From contig JANLFY010000010.1 in NCBI GenBank assembly GCA_024653485.1, positions 54,508-118,507 on the forward strand: a DNA stretch of 64,000 bases, read 5' to 3'. Made by a program: the position numbers and the translations under genes. A model generated the notes under the pieces. It was given only the letters and a program-made list of their open reading frames with translations, did no database searches and was not told where the DNA came from. The DNA is from Bacillota bacterium (GTDB lineage Bacteria; Bacillota; SHA-98; UBA4971). This document shows positions 8,601 to 16,686 of the stretch, piece after piece (position 1 is the first letter of the stretch; each line of letters begins with the position of its first letter).

Positions 8601-9693
8601 CCGGGCACAGGCCCCCGGCGGCCTGGGTCTCCCTCGGGTGCCAGCACACGCCGCATGCCCTGTGGCCGTCATAGTGGTACTTGCCTTCCTCCGGATAGAA
8701 CTCGATCGTCCCGGCGACGCGGGCTCCCTCGATCCTGCGGAGCGCGTCCGATATGCCCTGGTAGGAGAGGGGCGCATCGAACTCGATCGCCTCGCGACCG
8801 AGCTTGTCCGGGGAATGGGCGTCGGAGTTCGAGACGAGCGTGAGGCGGTCGAGGGCGGAGAGCCGCCAGTTCATCGGCGGGTCCGACGATAGACCCGTCT
8901 CGTACGCGACGATTTCGGCCGCGAGATCCCCGAAACACTCCTCGAGAGCGTCGAATCCGGAGTTCGCGCCGGAGAGCGAGAAGTGCGGCGTCCAGATGTG
9001 AGCGGGGATGAGCAGGGCTCGTGGCTCGACATCGAGGATGAGCGCGAGGAGAGTGCGACTATCCAGGCCGATTATCGGCCTGCCATCGGCCTCGAGGTTT
9101 GCGCCGCGCGCCTCGAGGGCGGCGCTGACACGCGCGGCCGCGTCGAGGCTCGGCAGGAGGACGACGTGGTGGATCTTGCGGGTGCGGCCGCCTTGCTTGT
9201 AGATGCAGCTGATCTCGCCGGTCACCACGAAGCGGACTACGGCCGCCATGTCAGGCGCCGAGGCTGAGTCCTCGCAGCTCTCTGCGCGCGAGCCGTCAGT
9301 GCTGGCCTGGGCTCCAGCGCCCGTCCGCGCGCCCACGCTTGCAAGCGCGCCCGCTCGCGCTTCCACGCTTGCCTGCGTTCCCGCCCGCACGCCCGCCACC
9401 GCGCCCGGGCCCGCCTGCGCGTCCGCCCGCGAGCCCGTGCCAGCCTGCGCGTCCGCGGCGTCATACTCACGCAGGCGCTCACGTAGGCGATAGAGGCCTT
9501 CCTCCTCGGCTTCGATGAGCTCGTCCCCGAGCTCTGCGCGCCACCCGGCATGGGTGAAGTCCCCCGTGCCCAAGACTGTCAGACCTTTGCGCGCCGCGGC
9601 GGCCGCGAGGGGCCGAGGCCGGCAACGGTCGCTCGTCGCGCGCGAAAAGTGTGAGTGGACGTGAAGGTCAGCGAGGTATCGCACGTGCATCAT
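5647..9693 (-). CDS. PHP-domain phosphoesterase fused to a UvrD/PcrA-type SF1 helicase (1348 aa) with low-complexity Ala/Gly/Pro/Ser-rich inserts
   Basis: N-terminus MMHVRYLADLHVHSHFSRATSD… is a PHP His-rich metal site (TIGR00375-like). Walker A VIVAAGPGTGKTRT, motif II LLVDEFQDVN, motif VI LLTMHAAKGLEFPAVILVG and RLFYVALTRA match UvrD. Confidence 0.75.
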   Translation of the reverse strand: MMHVRYLADLHVHSHFSRATSDRCRPRPLAAAAARKGLTVLGTGDFTHAGWRAELGDELIEAEEEGLYRLRERLREYDAADAQAGTGSRADAQAGPGAVAGVRAGTQASVEARAGALASVGARTGAGAQASTDGSRAESCEDSASAPDMAAVVRFVVTGEISCIYKQGGRTRKIHHVVLLPSLDAAARVSAALEARGANLEADGRPIIGLDSRTLLALILDVEPRALLIPAHIWTPHFSLSGANSGFDALEECFGDLAAEIVAYETGLSSDPPMNWRLSALDRLTLVSNSDAHSPDKLGREAIEFDAPLSYQGISDALRRIEGARVAGTIEFYPEEGKYHYDGHRACGVCWHPRETQAAGGLCPVCGRPVTIGVLHRVAELADRPEGFRPPGANPYRSLVSLGEILAEALGVGPASRRVRDLEDKLIHELGAEIPLLREAPLDDIAALAGPVVAEAVRRVRHGEVSYRPGYDGEYGKLTIFTAEERRELSGQALLFALPGTHSMGTRRGAGSATRVPRVPRAPRAPHAPQGDATDPSAEASAELAPGSAPATEMRPEPETAPEAVPGTAPEPAHGTAPGAAPKPAFGTAAATAFATSLATARSPVGGLLDSLNEAQRHAVTARRGPVIVAAGPGTGKTRTLVHRVAFLIGEGVPPESITAITFTHRAADEMRARLNALLGDAASRVTVGTFHRFCADVIAESLGVRPVVLDSREAAALAAEAVEAVGGIVSAGSAGAAGSVEAAGSAELAGAAGSAGAGAAAGAGGSGGSDGSGGSDGSDGSGGSDGAIRAVGAGGAGAAPPLSNPAEAFSRLKGRGVRPGDPRVPAPLARAYKRYQELLAAAQAYDYDDLLLGALDIVRRNDSLAGLAARRRATHLLVDEFQDVNAVQYELVRALAGDGSNLFVIGDPDQAIYGFRGADRRFFAQLAADFPQATHVRLSLNYRSSATIVRAANAVLTPVTQANVSVSRPGGGALIRYVPIDSPQAEPRAVVREIERLVGGTGMLAADRQSGEIPDRPFSLGEIAILFRTGRQADPIEEALLAEGIPYRVLGQRALTSTPAVREALDILRCVDRPTDLRFMIALRDTRFNPGTEALALLAASAQAAGPASGSAAYSSACSPLAETAAALAATDSLTPAARARLQAFLDLLAELAALAPVAPASDLLVRAAGSEAAATSRAVRQVALAARDVSLSEFLFRLTTGQDTDHERREDLARPGARPTAHDGVHLGAHKGVQHGVHHGEGVSLLTMHAAKGLEFPAVILVGLADGVVPWKDSVDGEALAEERRLFYVALTRAAEALVLVGPAQPDSRSRFVRELPAEVLEVVSTTGDRDLAGTRKPPLHQHRLF
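7320..7510. repeat. in-frame 9-bp periodic tandem repeats (CCGTCAGAT / CCGCCAGAC) inside the helicase gene, encoding a (GSD/GSG)n linker, followed by a second degenerate CCGGCAGAy periodic tract
   Basis: Direct reading: …ccgtcagatccgccagacccgtcagatccgtcagatccgccagacccgtcagatccgcc…; the protein shows GGSGGSDGSGGSDGSDGSGGSDG. Confidence 0.5.
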
Positions 9694-10105
9694 CCCTGCG
9701 TTCAGTGTGAACTTGTAAGCTGCAAGCGAGTACGACTAATGGGGAAGTATTACGCCATACGGTCGGGAGTATCCTCTAGATACGGCAATTCAGACTGCGT
9801 GGCCGCTGCGTGAACACCGAGCTCCCATTGGAGAAGTCCCCGGTCGTGGCCCCGCCGGACAAGACGAGAAGGACGAGACCGGAAGGACGAGATCCGTGAT
9901 CCTGGGTCCGGCGGCTATCATCGGCTCGGAAATGCGAGCGAGGACGACTCCCGTCGGCCCAGGAGGATCCCCCTCCTCGTGCCGGCGTATCAGAGCGCCC
10001 TGCGATCGTGGGCGCGACCCCCCGATGCAGACTTCCTGGCCGTCCGCCTCGCGTGGGAGGCGTACCGGAAGGTGGACCTGAGCTGGTCAGTCCGCATTCT
10101 GGCGG

Positions 10106-10477
10106 CTACTCCGAATCGAGCTCGTGCTCCACGATCTCCTTGATCTTGCGCTCGAGTTCCTCGAGGTCAAGCCCGGCCTCGTCCTTGATGCTCTTTCGGA
10201 GCATCGGGCCGACCTGCTGGATGTCGTCCAGGAGGTCCTGAAGAAGCTCGAGGGCGGCTGTTGCCTCCAGCACCTCGCGCGGCGTCCTGACCATGCTCGC
10301 GAGTATCGACGTCTCGGTCCTCGAGGCCACGAGCGGGCTCTGCAGCTGGTCGACATACACCCTGGTACGACGGCCCGGCCCCCGGTCGTCCTCTATGGGG
10401 TCGAGGGCGATGATCCTATCAGCGCGCACATACTTGCCGTAGCCCAGGGGGATGATGGTGCGTTCACGGATCTCCAT
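10106..10477 (-). CDS. DUF370 (RemB-like) domain protein
   Basis: Conserved N-terminal pattern IIPLGYGKYVRADRIIAL…RRTRVYV…SILAS typical of DUF370; 123 aa. Confidence 0.55.
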   Translation of the reverse strand: MEIRERTIIPLGYGKYVRADRIIALDPIEDDRGPGRRTRVYVDQLQSPLVASRTETSILASMVRTPREVLEATAALELLQDLLDDIQQVGPMLRKSIKDEAGLDLEELERKIKEIVEHELDSE

Positions 10478-10487
10478 CGCGGCTCAC

Positions 10488-10516
10488 ATCCTTAGCCCAT
10501 CTGGGCTTAGGATGTC
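10488..10516 (-). promoter_or_regulatory. 13-bp stem hairpin in the DUF370 5'UTR overlapping the putative ribosome-binding site
   Basis: CATCCTTAGCCCA-tct-TGGGCTTAGGATG (one mismatch). On the mRNA the arm containing AAGGATG lies 10 nt upstream of the ATG. Confidence 0.3.
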
Positions 10517-11153
10517 CGGACGACGCGCGGTCCATCACTATACGCTACGCTACCGCACGGTCGGTTGGTCGGTCTTTTCGCACTCAATGCTGACACTCTC
10601 TGGTGCCAAGCAAGGGGTCGAGGCGCGCTCCGCTGGTCGCAGATCGGTGGGAGCGGCGGTGGCCGTCTGCTTGATCGCGATTGGGCTCGTTCACTTGTCG
10701 GGACTGATTGATCCAGTCTTTCCGGTGCATCAGGAAGGGAATGTGGCCTTCGCGGAGGAACCAAGAGGAAGTTGGAGGCACAATTCGTGGCACTGGCGTG
10801 TGGGGGCACAAGCGCGGCCGCGTCGCCCATTGGAGTGCGGCTCGTGATCACTCCATCTTCTGATCGCTCCACTTGCAGGGAAGAGAATCATTGCAAAGGG
10901 GATTGCTCGACATCCCGAAGTCCCACGGGCGCTGGACGAAGCAACCGCTGCACGCCTTGACGGGACGATGGACGGGTACGTGGCTGAGGAGGTGCTTTGC
11001 GAGATCAGACAAGCGGCCGGATTCAGTATGAGAAGCGCGTGTCGTCCCCCGTTTCGGGGGAGGTCCTCACGGAGATTGACGCTCTGCCGCTCCCGACAGA
11101 CGCCAGGGCTGATATGATCGCGGCCGGTGACGTCCTGCTATACTAGACTGAAT

Positions 11154-11729
11154 ATGGGGGAGGTTTCGGTGTTGGACAAAGAGGAGATCATGAGACTGAC
11201 AGAGGAATACGGCGGAAAGTATGGTCTGAACCACAGCAAGCGCATACTTCACATCGTCTCTCTCATTGCAGGAGACCAAGAGTACGACCGCGATGTGGTC
11301 TGGACGTCAGCTTTCCTGCATGACTGGGGCAGTTACTCGCCATGGAAGGTCGACGGAATAGATCACGCGATGAGGTCGAAGCAGGTCGCTGAGGGGTTTC
11401 TGACGAAAGCGGGGTGCGATGAAGGCTTCATTGGACGAGTGCTTGAGTGCATTGAGCTTCATCACAGCGGGACCCCGGATAAGAGCATAGAGGCCAAACT
11501 CCTCAGTGATGCTGATGCCATCGACTACCTGGGGGTCGTTGGCGTACTCAGGGATTTCTCCACTAAGCCCAGGGATCTCAGGAAAGCATATGAAAGCGTT
11601 GAGAGCAGGAAAGAAAGGCTCAAGAGCATCCTATTCTTCGAAGAATCCAAGGCTATGGCGGCTGAGAGAATACGGAGAGCCGAGAGGATCCTGTCCGAAT
11701 TTGTAGAGGAGTCGTTCGGCTGTTTCTAG
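11154..11729 (+). CDS. HD-domain metal-dependent phosphohydrolase
   Basis: LHDWGSY…IELHHSG…DADAID motifs; GGGGAGG Shine-Dalgarno sequence upstream. Start chosen at ATG 11154; GTG 11169 is also possible. Confidence 0.6.
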   Translation: MGEVSVLDKEEIMRLTEEYGGKYGLNHSKRILHIVSLIAGDQEYDRDVVWTSAFLHDWGSYSPWKVDGIDHAMRSKQVAEGFLTKAGCDEGFIGRVLECIELHHSGTPDKSIEAKLLSDADAIDYLGVVGVLRDFSTKPRDLRKAYESVESRKERLKSILFFEESKAMAAERIRRAERILSEFVEESFGCF

Positions 11730-12068
11730 GGGGCTCTTTGGCTGGAGAAGCCCAGCTACGCCGTATGAGATGTATGCCCGCTCGTCTTGGTGTTTCATCC
11801 CCAAGTGCAAAGACGGGGAAGAGGCCAGCGTCTTGCTGGGTCTGCGCCGGACAGCGAATGGACAGGCTAGCTCAGTACGGCTGAGTACTGGGTACCAAGG
11901 ATCATGCGCGTGCGCAGTCCGCTGACCTGTAGCCCGCAGGTCCAAGGACTGATACAATGGGGGCGCAGGAACTGGAAACCGACGATATCGGCCAGAGTCT
12001 ATCTGTGAGGGATGCCGTGGGAGGCGCTGTGGAAGGTGCAGCGGGAGGTGCCGCGGGAGGTAGAGCGT

Positions 12069-12518
12069 ATGGGCAAGCAGCATGTTGTGCGCAGGCAGGA
12101 TGTTGTCAAGCGAATCAAGGAGGCAGTAGTGCCTACGCTCGCGAAGCATGACCGCGTCGTGGCAGCCTATCTCTTCGGCTCCACAGGCACAGAACACGCC
12201 ACTGCCACGAGCGATGTGGATATCGCTGTTCTCATCGATGGCGACATCTCCCTCTTGGATGAATTGTCCCTTTCTGCCGATGTTGCTGCCGCGCTTGGGA
12301 GGGACGACGTGGATCTGCTGGTTCTCAACTCCGCTCGCAATGATCTGCAGCACGCAGTCATATCAGAGGGCGAGCTCATCCTCGATCGCGATCCTGTGAA
12401 GACGTCGGACTTCATCGAGAAGGTCCTGTCAGTCCATAAAGACCATGGCATTTACATGAGGACTCTTCTCAGTGATCTGAAATCATCGTTGAAGGAGGAA
12501 TACATCCATGGTCGATGA
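12069..12518 (+). CDS. mntA: MntA-like minimal nucleotidyltransferase antitoxin
   Basis: GS-x9-SDVDIAVL motif (YLFGSTGTEHATATSDVDIAVLI); overlaps the downstream HepT gene by 11 nt. Confidence 0.7.
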   Translation: MGKQHVVRRQDVVKRIKEAVVPTLAKHDRVVAAYLFGSTGTEHATATSDVDIAVLIDGDISLLDELSLSADVAAALGRDDVDLLVLNSARNDLQHAVISEGELILDRDPVKTSDFIEKVLSVHKDHGIYMRTLLSDLKSSLKEEYIHGR

Positions 12519-12933
12519 GGCGAGGATCTTGCGCAAGCTCCAGACTATCACAGAATCGCTCTCAAAGCTCGAGGAGCTTGCACGCATGAATGAGGACGAC
12601 TTCCTCAGTGACTTCCGGAGCATTGACTCGGCCAAGTACAACTTGCACACTGCCATCGAGGCAATGATTGACATATGCAACCATATCATCTCCCGCAAGA
12701 GACTCCGGGTCCCAGCGACTAACGCAGAGTCTTTCGAGATTGTCAGTGAGATCGGACTGCTGCCGGCCGATGCCCTTCCGGTGTACAGATCAATGGCTCG
12801 ATTCCGGAATCGGATTGTCCACATGTATGATGAAGTGGATGATAGCCAGATTCATGAGATACTCCGGGAACGATTGGGTGACATCAGGGCTTTTGTGCAG
12901 TCCATCGTCAAGACGTGCTGCTCTTCGCCCTGA
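12508..12933 (+). CDS. hepT: HepT-like (DUF86) RNase toxin
   Basis: 141 aa; RFRNRIVHMYDEVD region matches the DUF86 R-x4-HxY motif; coupled to the upstream nucleotidyltransferase gene. Confidence 0.7.
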   Translation: MVDEARILRKLQTITESLSKLEELARMNEDDFLSDFRSIDSAKYNLHTAIEAMIDICNHIISRKRLRVPATNAESFEIVSEIGLLPADALPVYRSMARFRNRIVHMYDEVDDSQIHEILRERLGDIRAFVQSIVKTCCSSP

Positions 12934-13003
12934 GCAAGAGCATGCTGTCTTCATGCTCGTGAATGATATGCGTCGCTGATATGGGCGATATGGGGCGGGA
13001 TGA

Positions 13004-14026
13004 GTGTCGGAATGGAGGCCGATGATGTCCGATCAGCGGAGTTACCGCGTAATGTTGGTGGAGGACGACCCGAAGATCGCCAGGATCCTCGCGGAGGCGC
13101 TGAAGCGGTACGGTACGACCGTTACGGCGGTCGATGACTTCGCCCGGGTCAAGGAGGCCTTCTGTTCCTGCGAGCCCGACCTCGTGCTCCTCGACATCAA
13201 CCTGCCGAGGTACGACGGGTACTACTGGTGCCGTCAGATCCGAGCCCTGTCCAGGGTGCCCATCATCTTCATATCCGCCCGCCACCAGGACATTGACCAG
13301 GTGCGCGCGCTCGAGAGCGGTGGCGACGACTACATCAGCAAGCCGTTCAGCCTTGAGCTGGCGCTCACCGTCAAGCCGGATGAGGCCGGTCGTCTCGTGA
13401 ACCCGGGACGACACCTCCTGTACACCCTGGTGGTATCGGACGTCGTGTATGAGGGCTTGGCTGACAGAGTCGCACCCGGGCAGCGGATCCACATCTCCAT
13501 GTGGACCGGCAGTTGGCGAGGCAAGGCCACGCAGCAGGCGTCGTCCGAGCTGGTGGCGCTCTTCGAAGGGCAAGAGAAGAAGCTGATCTCGACGACCATT
13601 AGGCAGTACCAGACGCAAGTGACTCAGACGGGACTTGTCGTTTTCATCGAGGTCTTCGTATCGCTCGTATTTGTCGCGGCATGCTTCAGCCTTCTCTATT
13701 CCCGGCTGTTCACGGACATAGAGGAAGACCGCAGGCACGCTTGCAGGCTCCAGCAGGTGGGCGTGACGAGAAGGGAGCTGCGAGGGCAGGCATTGAGCCA
13801 GATGGCTGTGATTTTCTTCCTGCCGTTCGTCGTCGGCTTGGTCCACTCGACGGTCGCGATGCACGCTCTGGGCACGCTGACCAGGCGAACCGTGCTTCAC
13901 TATGGCTGGGGGGCGGCGTTGCTGTTCCTCTTCTTGTTCGGGGCCTTCTTCTCAGGAACGGGCCAGCTGTATTGGCGCTCTCTGCAGGACGGTCTGCGGC
14001 GTGAGGCTAGATCGGGCGAGTTCTAG
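13004..14026 (+). pseudogene. chimeric remnant: OmpR-type response-regulator receiver domain fused in-frame to the C-terminal FtsX-domain fragment of a BceB-type ABC permease (Bce-like module collapsed by deletion)
   Basis: Residues ~10-125 are a receiver domain (VMLVEDD…LVLLDINLP…DDYISKPFSLE); no winged-helix DNA-binding domain follows. Residues ~200-340 carry permease-like TM helices and an FtsX-type segment (EEDRRHACRLQQVGVTRREL…IFFLPFVVGL). Confidence 0.5.
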
Positions 14027-14415
14027 TTCGGCCCCGCTGAGGACGCCCGCCCTGCGGCTCATGGGTGTCGCCTGTGTTCACGGCGATCGATGAGGGCCGC
14101 AGCCCGGCCGCCCACACGCCCATGGATGCCGTCCCCGAGTTCCGCGCCGGCAACCCGGCAACTACCAGAAGAAGGGCGAGGATGGTGCATCCCATTCTCA
14201 CTTGTCAGGGAGTTGTCGCTGGCTGGCATCACGCTCCCTTGGAGGAGCTGAGTGTCTCTCCAACGGAGCGGCTGCGGCGTACATCTCGCTCACAGGCTTC
14301 GTTTACAGGCTCTGGCATCGCTTGCAACAGCAAGTGCTTGCGTCGAGGTGCGCTGCTCTCTTGATGATCGTCCGGTAGGCAGGGATGATCGTCCCACAGG
14401 CAGGGCATGGGCTGT

Positions 14416-15159
14416 TCATTGTGTTCCTGCTGAGTGTGATCCTGTATCCTCCTGTGACGCCGAACGGGTCGCGCTAGGTATCCCTGCCGCCTTGCTCAAC
14501 CACGTCCTTGAGAACAGACTCCACCGAGTCGAACAGGGCCTGCAGTCCGTGGTCGGATATGGTTGACAGCTTACGCTTTGAGTGGATCCCGGCGGTCCAC
14601 AGGCGTTAGGCAAGACCCCGCTGCCCAGTCCGCGTATGCGCTGTTCGGTTGCCCAGAAGACTCTCTCCGATGGTGCGTCGAGGCTCTGGCCCTCCAGCAG
14701 GGCTTCGAAACGCGCGTACTCAAGCGCATCGATGAGAGGTGAGGGCCTGTGCCTGGCACCGAGACAGTATGGATTACGGAGTTGCACCGCCGGGAACGCC
14801 CAGACAGCTCCGCACATCTGCACCAAGCCGACGAGTGAGGAACCGTCGTCAAACCTCGCGAGGAGCTGGTGCTTTGCCGGCAGCTTCCCGCCTGGGCGGT
14901 AGTAGCGTGGGCTGGTACCCTCAGCCAAGACGATCCGCACAGGACCTGCCGCTATCTCTACCATGCTTCCGAAGGCAATTGCGCTCTCGATGGTGAGCCC
15001 TTTCAGTCGGCTGTCGTATTCCCGTGGGTCGCCGGGGGACCGTGCGAACTTATGCGGCGAATGGTTTGCTATGACGCTCTCGATTCGCTTGCCTTTGAGA
15101 GTCTCATTCACTTGCCCGGCAATGACGACCGCTTCTGGCCTCTCCAGCACTGTCGGCAC
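14416..15159 (-). CDS. hypothetical protein with weak Fpg/Nei-like N-terminus (MPTVLERPEAVV… vs MPELPEVE); possibly degenerate
   Basis: ORF only. The N-terminal Pro-Glu pattern and a KH-containing beta region loosely parallel Fpg. No clear H2TH or CxxC-x16-CxxC zinc finger; the C-terminal 60 aa are low-complexity. Confidence 0.25.
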   Translation of the reverse strand: MPTVLERPEAVVIAGQVNETLKGKRIESVIANHSPHKFARSPGDPREYDSRLKGLTIESAIAFGSMVEIAAGPVRIVLAEGTSPRYYRPGGKLPAKHQLLARFDDGSSLVGLVQMCGAVWAFPAVQLRNPYCLGARHRPSPLIDALEYARFEALLEGQSLDAPSERVFWATEQRIRGLGSGVLPNACGPPGSTQSVSCQPYPTTDCRPCSTRWSLFSRTWLSKAAGIPSATRSASQEDTGSHSAGTQ

Positions 15160-15580
15160 GCTCCTATCGTTTCATTGCGACCGGATCGGTCGGCGAATTA
15201 CCCGCTTGGGACCCTCCGGAGTCGATGGTCTAGAGTCACCGGGGTGGATTGCGCGGCCGCTTCGAGACAGCGGGGCTCAAACGGTCTGCTGCCCAAGCGC
15301 CGGCGGCCGTGAGTTCTCATCAGCTGAGATGGGAGAACGGTCCGGCCGCCAACGAGACCCGCAGACAGCGCGGGGGCTTTCCGGCGGACGACGCCGTAAC
15401 CCTCCTGGCAAGCAACGTGTCCGAGTGGTTGGGACATGCGAGATCCATCGACCTCAACCGGCGTTGCCTTCCCACTCAACCAGCAAGAGCAAGCCAAGGG
15501 GCTTGGGGTATCCGAGCCTCTCTTCACCCTTTTTCGTGGCTGGCGACGGAGAAAACCTTGCTCTGCGCACAAGTACTCAG

Positions 15581-15649
15581 GAAGGAATTCTCCACAGCAT
15601 GTCGAAAATCTCCCATGACTGAAAAGCAATCGTGAAGGAATTCTACACG
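15581..15649 (+). promoter_or_regulatory. two direct repeats GAAGGAATTCTCCACA / GAAGGAATTCTACACG spaced 53 bp apart, upstream of the RpiR-family regulator gene
   Basis: 14 of 16 nt identical; ~5 helical turns apart; 150-210 bp upstream of the regulator start. Confidence 0.2.
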
Positions 15650-15795
15650 CCTTGTAATGTGGGAGCCACTGCAGAGCCGTTGGCCGCCCACGATGCGGAA
15701 AGCGAGGTGCGTCAGCGTTGTCTCAAGTATCTCAGCGGACACCTGTGGTCGAGAACGCTGTGCCATTTGCGGGTTGTCTTCCCAAACTAAGGAAG

Positions 15796-16608
15796 ATGTT
15801 CGGAACGTTCCGACCGTCCGAGAAGAAGGTTGCATCCTACATCCTCAATAACGCGGCGCAGGTGATCTACCAGTCAATCACCGAGCTTTCCGTCAACTCG
15901 GGTGCCAGCGATGCCACAGTGATACGTCTGTGCAACCGCCTTGGCTACAGCGGTTACCAAGAGCTCAAGATCGCTCTTGCTCGGGAGCTCGTATCGCCAA
16001 ACAAGAACATTCACGAAGATATCGGCCCCAGTGACGACCTAGCAACGGCTGTCAGGAAGGCTTTTCAAGCAAACGCCCAGGCAATCAATGACACCCTGGA
16101 CCTCCTCAATATGGAGTATCTGGCCAAGGCGGTCGACGCTGTCTCTGGCGCCCGGCAAGTATACCTCTACGGGGTCGGCACCTCCGCCTTGGCGGCGCAG
16201 GACGCGTACTACAAGCTGATAAGGGTCGGGATCCCGGCCAACTTTTTCGCAGACCCTCACATGCAGGCCATGTCTACCGTCCTCATGGGAGACAAAGACG
16301 TGGCTATCGGCTTCTCGCACTCGGGCAGCACGAAGGACGTCGTGGACGCGTTGTCCCTTGCCAAAGCGCAGGGCGCGCGCGTCATATGCATAACTAACCG
16401 CGGCAGGTCTCCGGCGGCAAAGATTTCGGACATCCTACTGCTCACCGCGTCAGAGGAGACCCCTTTCGGCAGCGGTGGCATGCCGTCCGTGATGGCGCAG
16501 CTCAGTATCGTAGACGCTCTATTCGTTGGGGTCGCTCTCAAGATCTACGACCGCGCGGTCCGCTTCATCGAGCGGACCGGTGAAGCTGTCAAGGGAAAGA
16601 AGTACTGA
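15796..16608 (+). CDS. RpiR/MurR-family transcriptional regulator (HTH_6 + SIS domain)
   Basis: N-terminal HTH SVNSGASDATVIRLCNRLGYSGYQELK; SIS motifs GVGTSALAAQDAYYKL and GFSHSGST. An upstream in-frame ATG at 15718 is a possible alternative start. Confidence 0.75.
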   Translation: MFGTFRPSEKKVASYILNNAAQVIYQSITELSVNSGASDATVIRLCNRLGYSGYQELKIALARELVSPNKNIHEDIGPSDDLATAVRKAFQANAQAINDTLDLLNMEYLAKAVDAVSGARQVYLYGVGTSALAAQDAYYKLIRVGIPANFFADPHMQAMSTVLMGDKDVAIGFSHSGSTKDVVDALSLAKAQGARVICITNRGRSPAAKISDILLLTASEETPFGSGGMPSVMAQLSIVDALFVGVALKIYDRAVRFIERTGEAVKGKKY

Positions 16609-16686
16609 CGATCGGCAACTGAGTGATCGGCAACTGAGTGGATGACTGCCGGTCCAGTTCATATGCGATAGCCGGTCGGTTCTGAG

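Noticed and set aside
7193-8674. 493-aa + strand ORF (and many similar: 6808-7542, 3762-4868, 46739-47620 minus, 47914-48651 minus, 56691-57686 minus, 57831-58682 minus, 59085-59897 minus, 12908-13900 minus)
   Set aside because: They lie antisense to, or out of frame within, well-supported genes. Their translations are Arg/Pro/Ala/Ser-rich low-complexity strings typical of off-frame readings of high-GC coding DNA. No domain signatures.
10452-10872. Overlapping 131-aa (+) and 121-aa (-) ORFs in the DUF370/HD intergenic region
   Set aside because: No ribosome-binding site, no domain features, mutual overlap; region more likely holds divergent promoters and the RBS-sequestering hairpin.
11840-11900. 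tRNA-like D-arm string GCTAGCTCAGTACGGCTGAGTAC in the HD/MntA intergenic region
   Set aside because: No matching acceptor stem, anticodon arm or T-arm (GTTCRANYC) could be built around it; likely chance similarity.
14416-15159. Confident call as Fpg/Nei DNA glycosylase
   Set aside because: Only the first ~30 residues and a loose beta-region pattern resemble Fpg. H2TH and zinc-finger motifs are not identifiable and the tail is low-complexity. Kept as hypothetical with low confidence.
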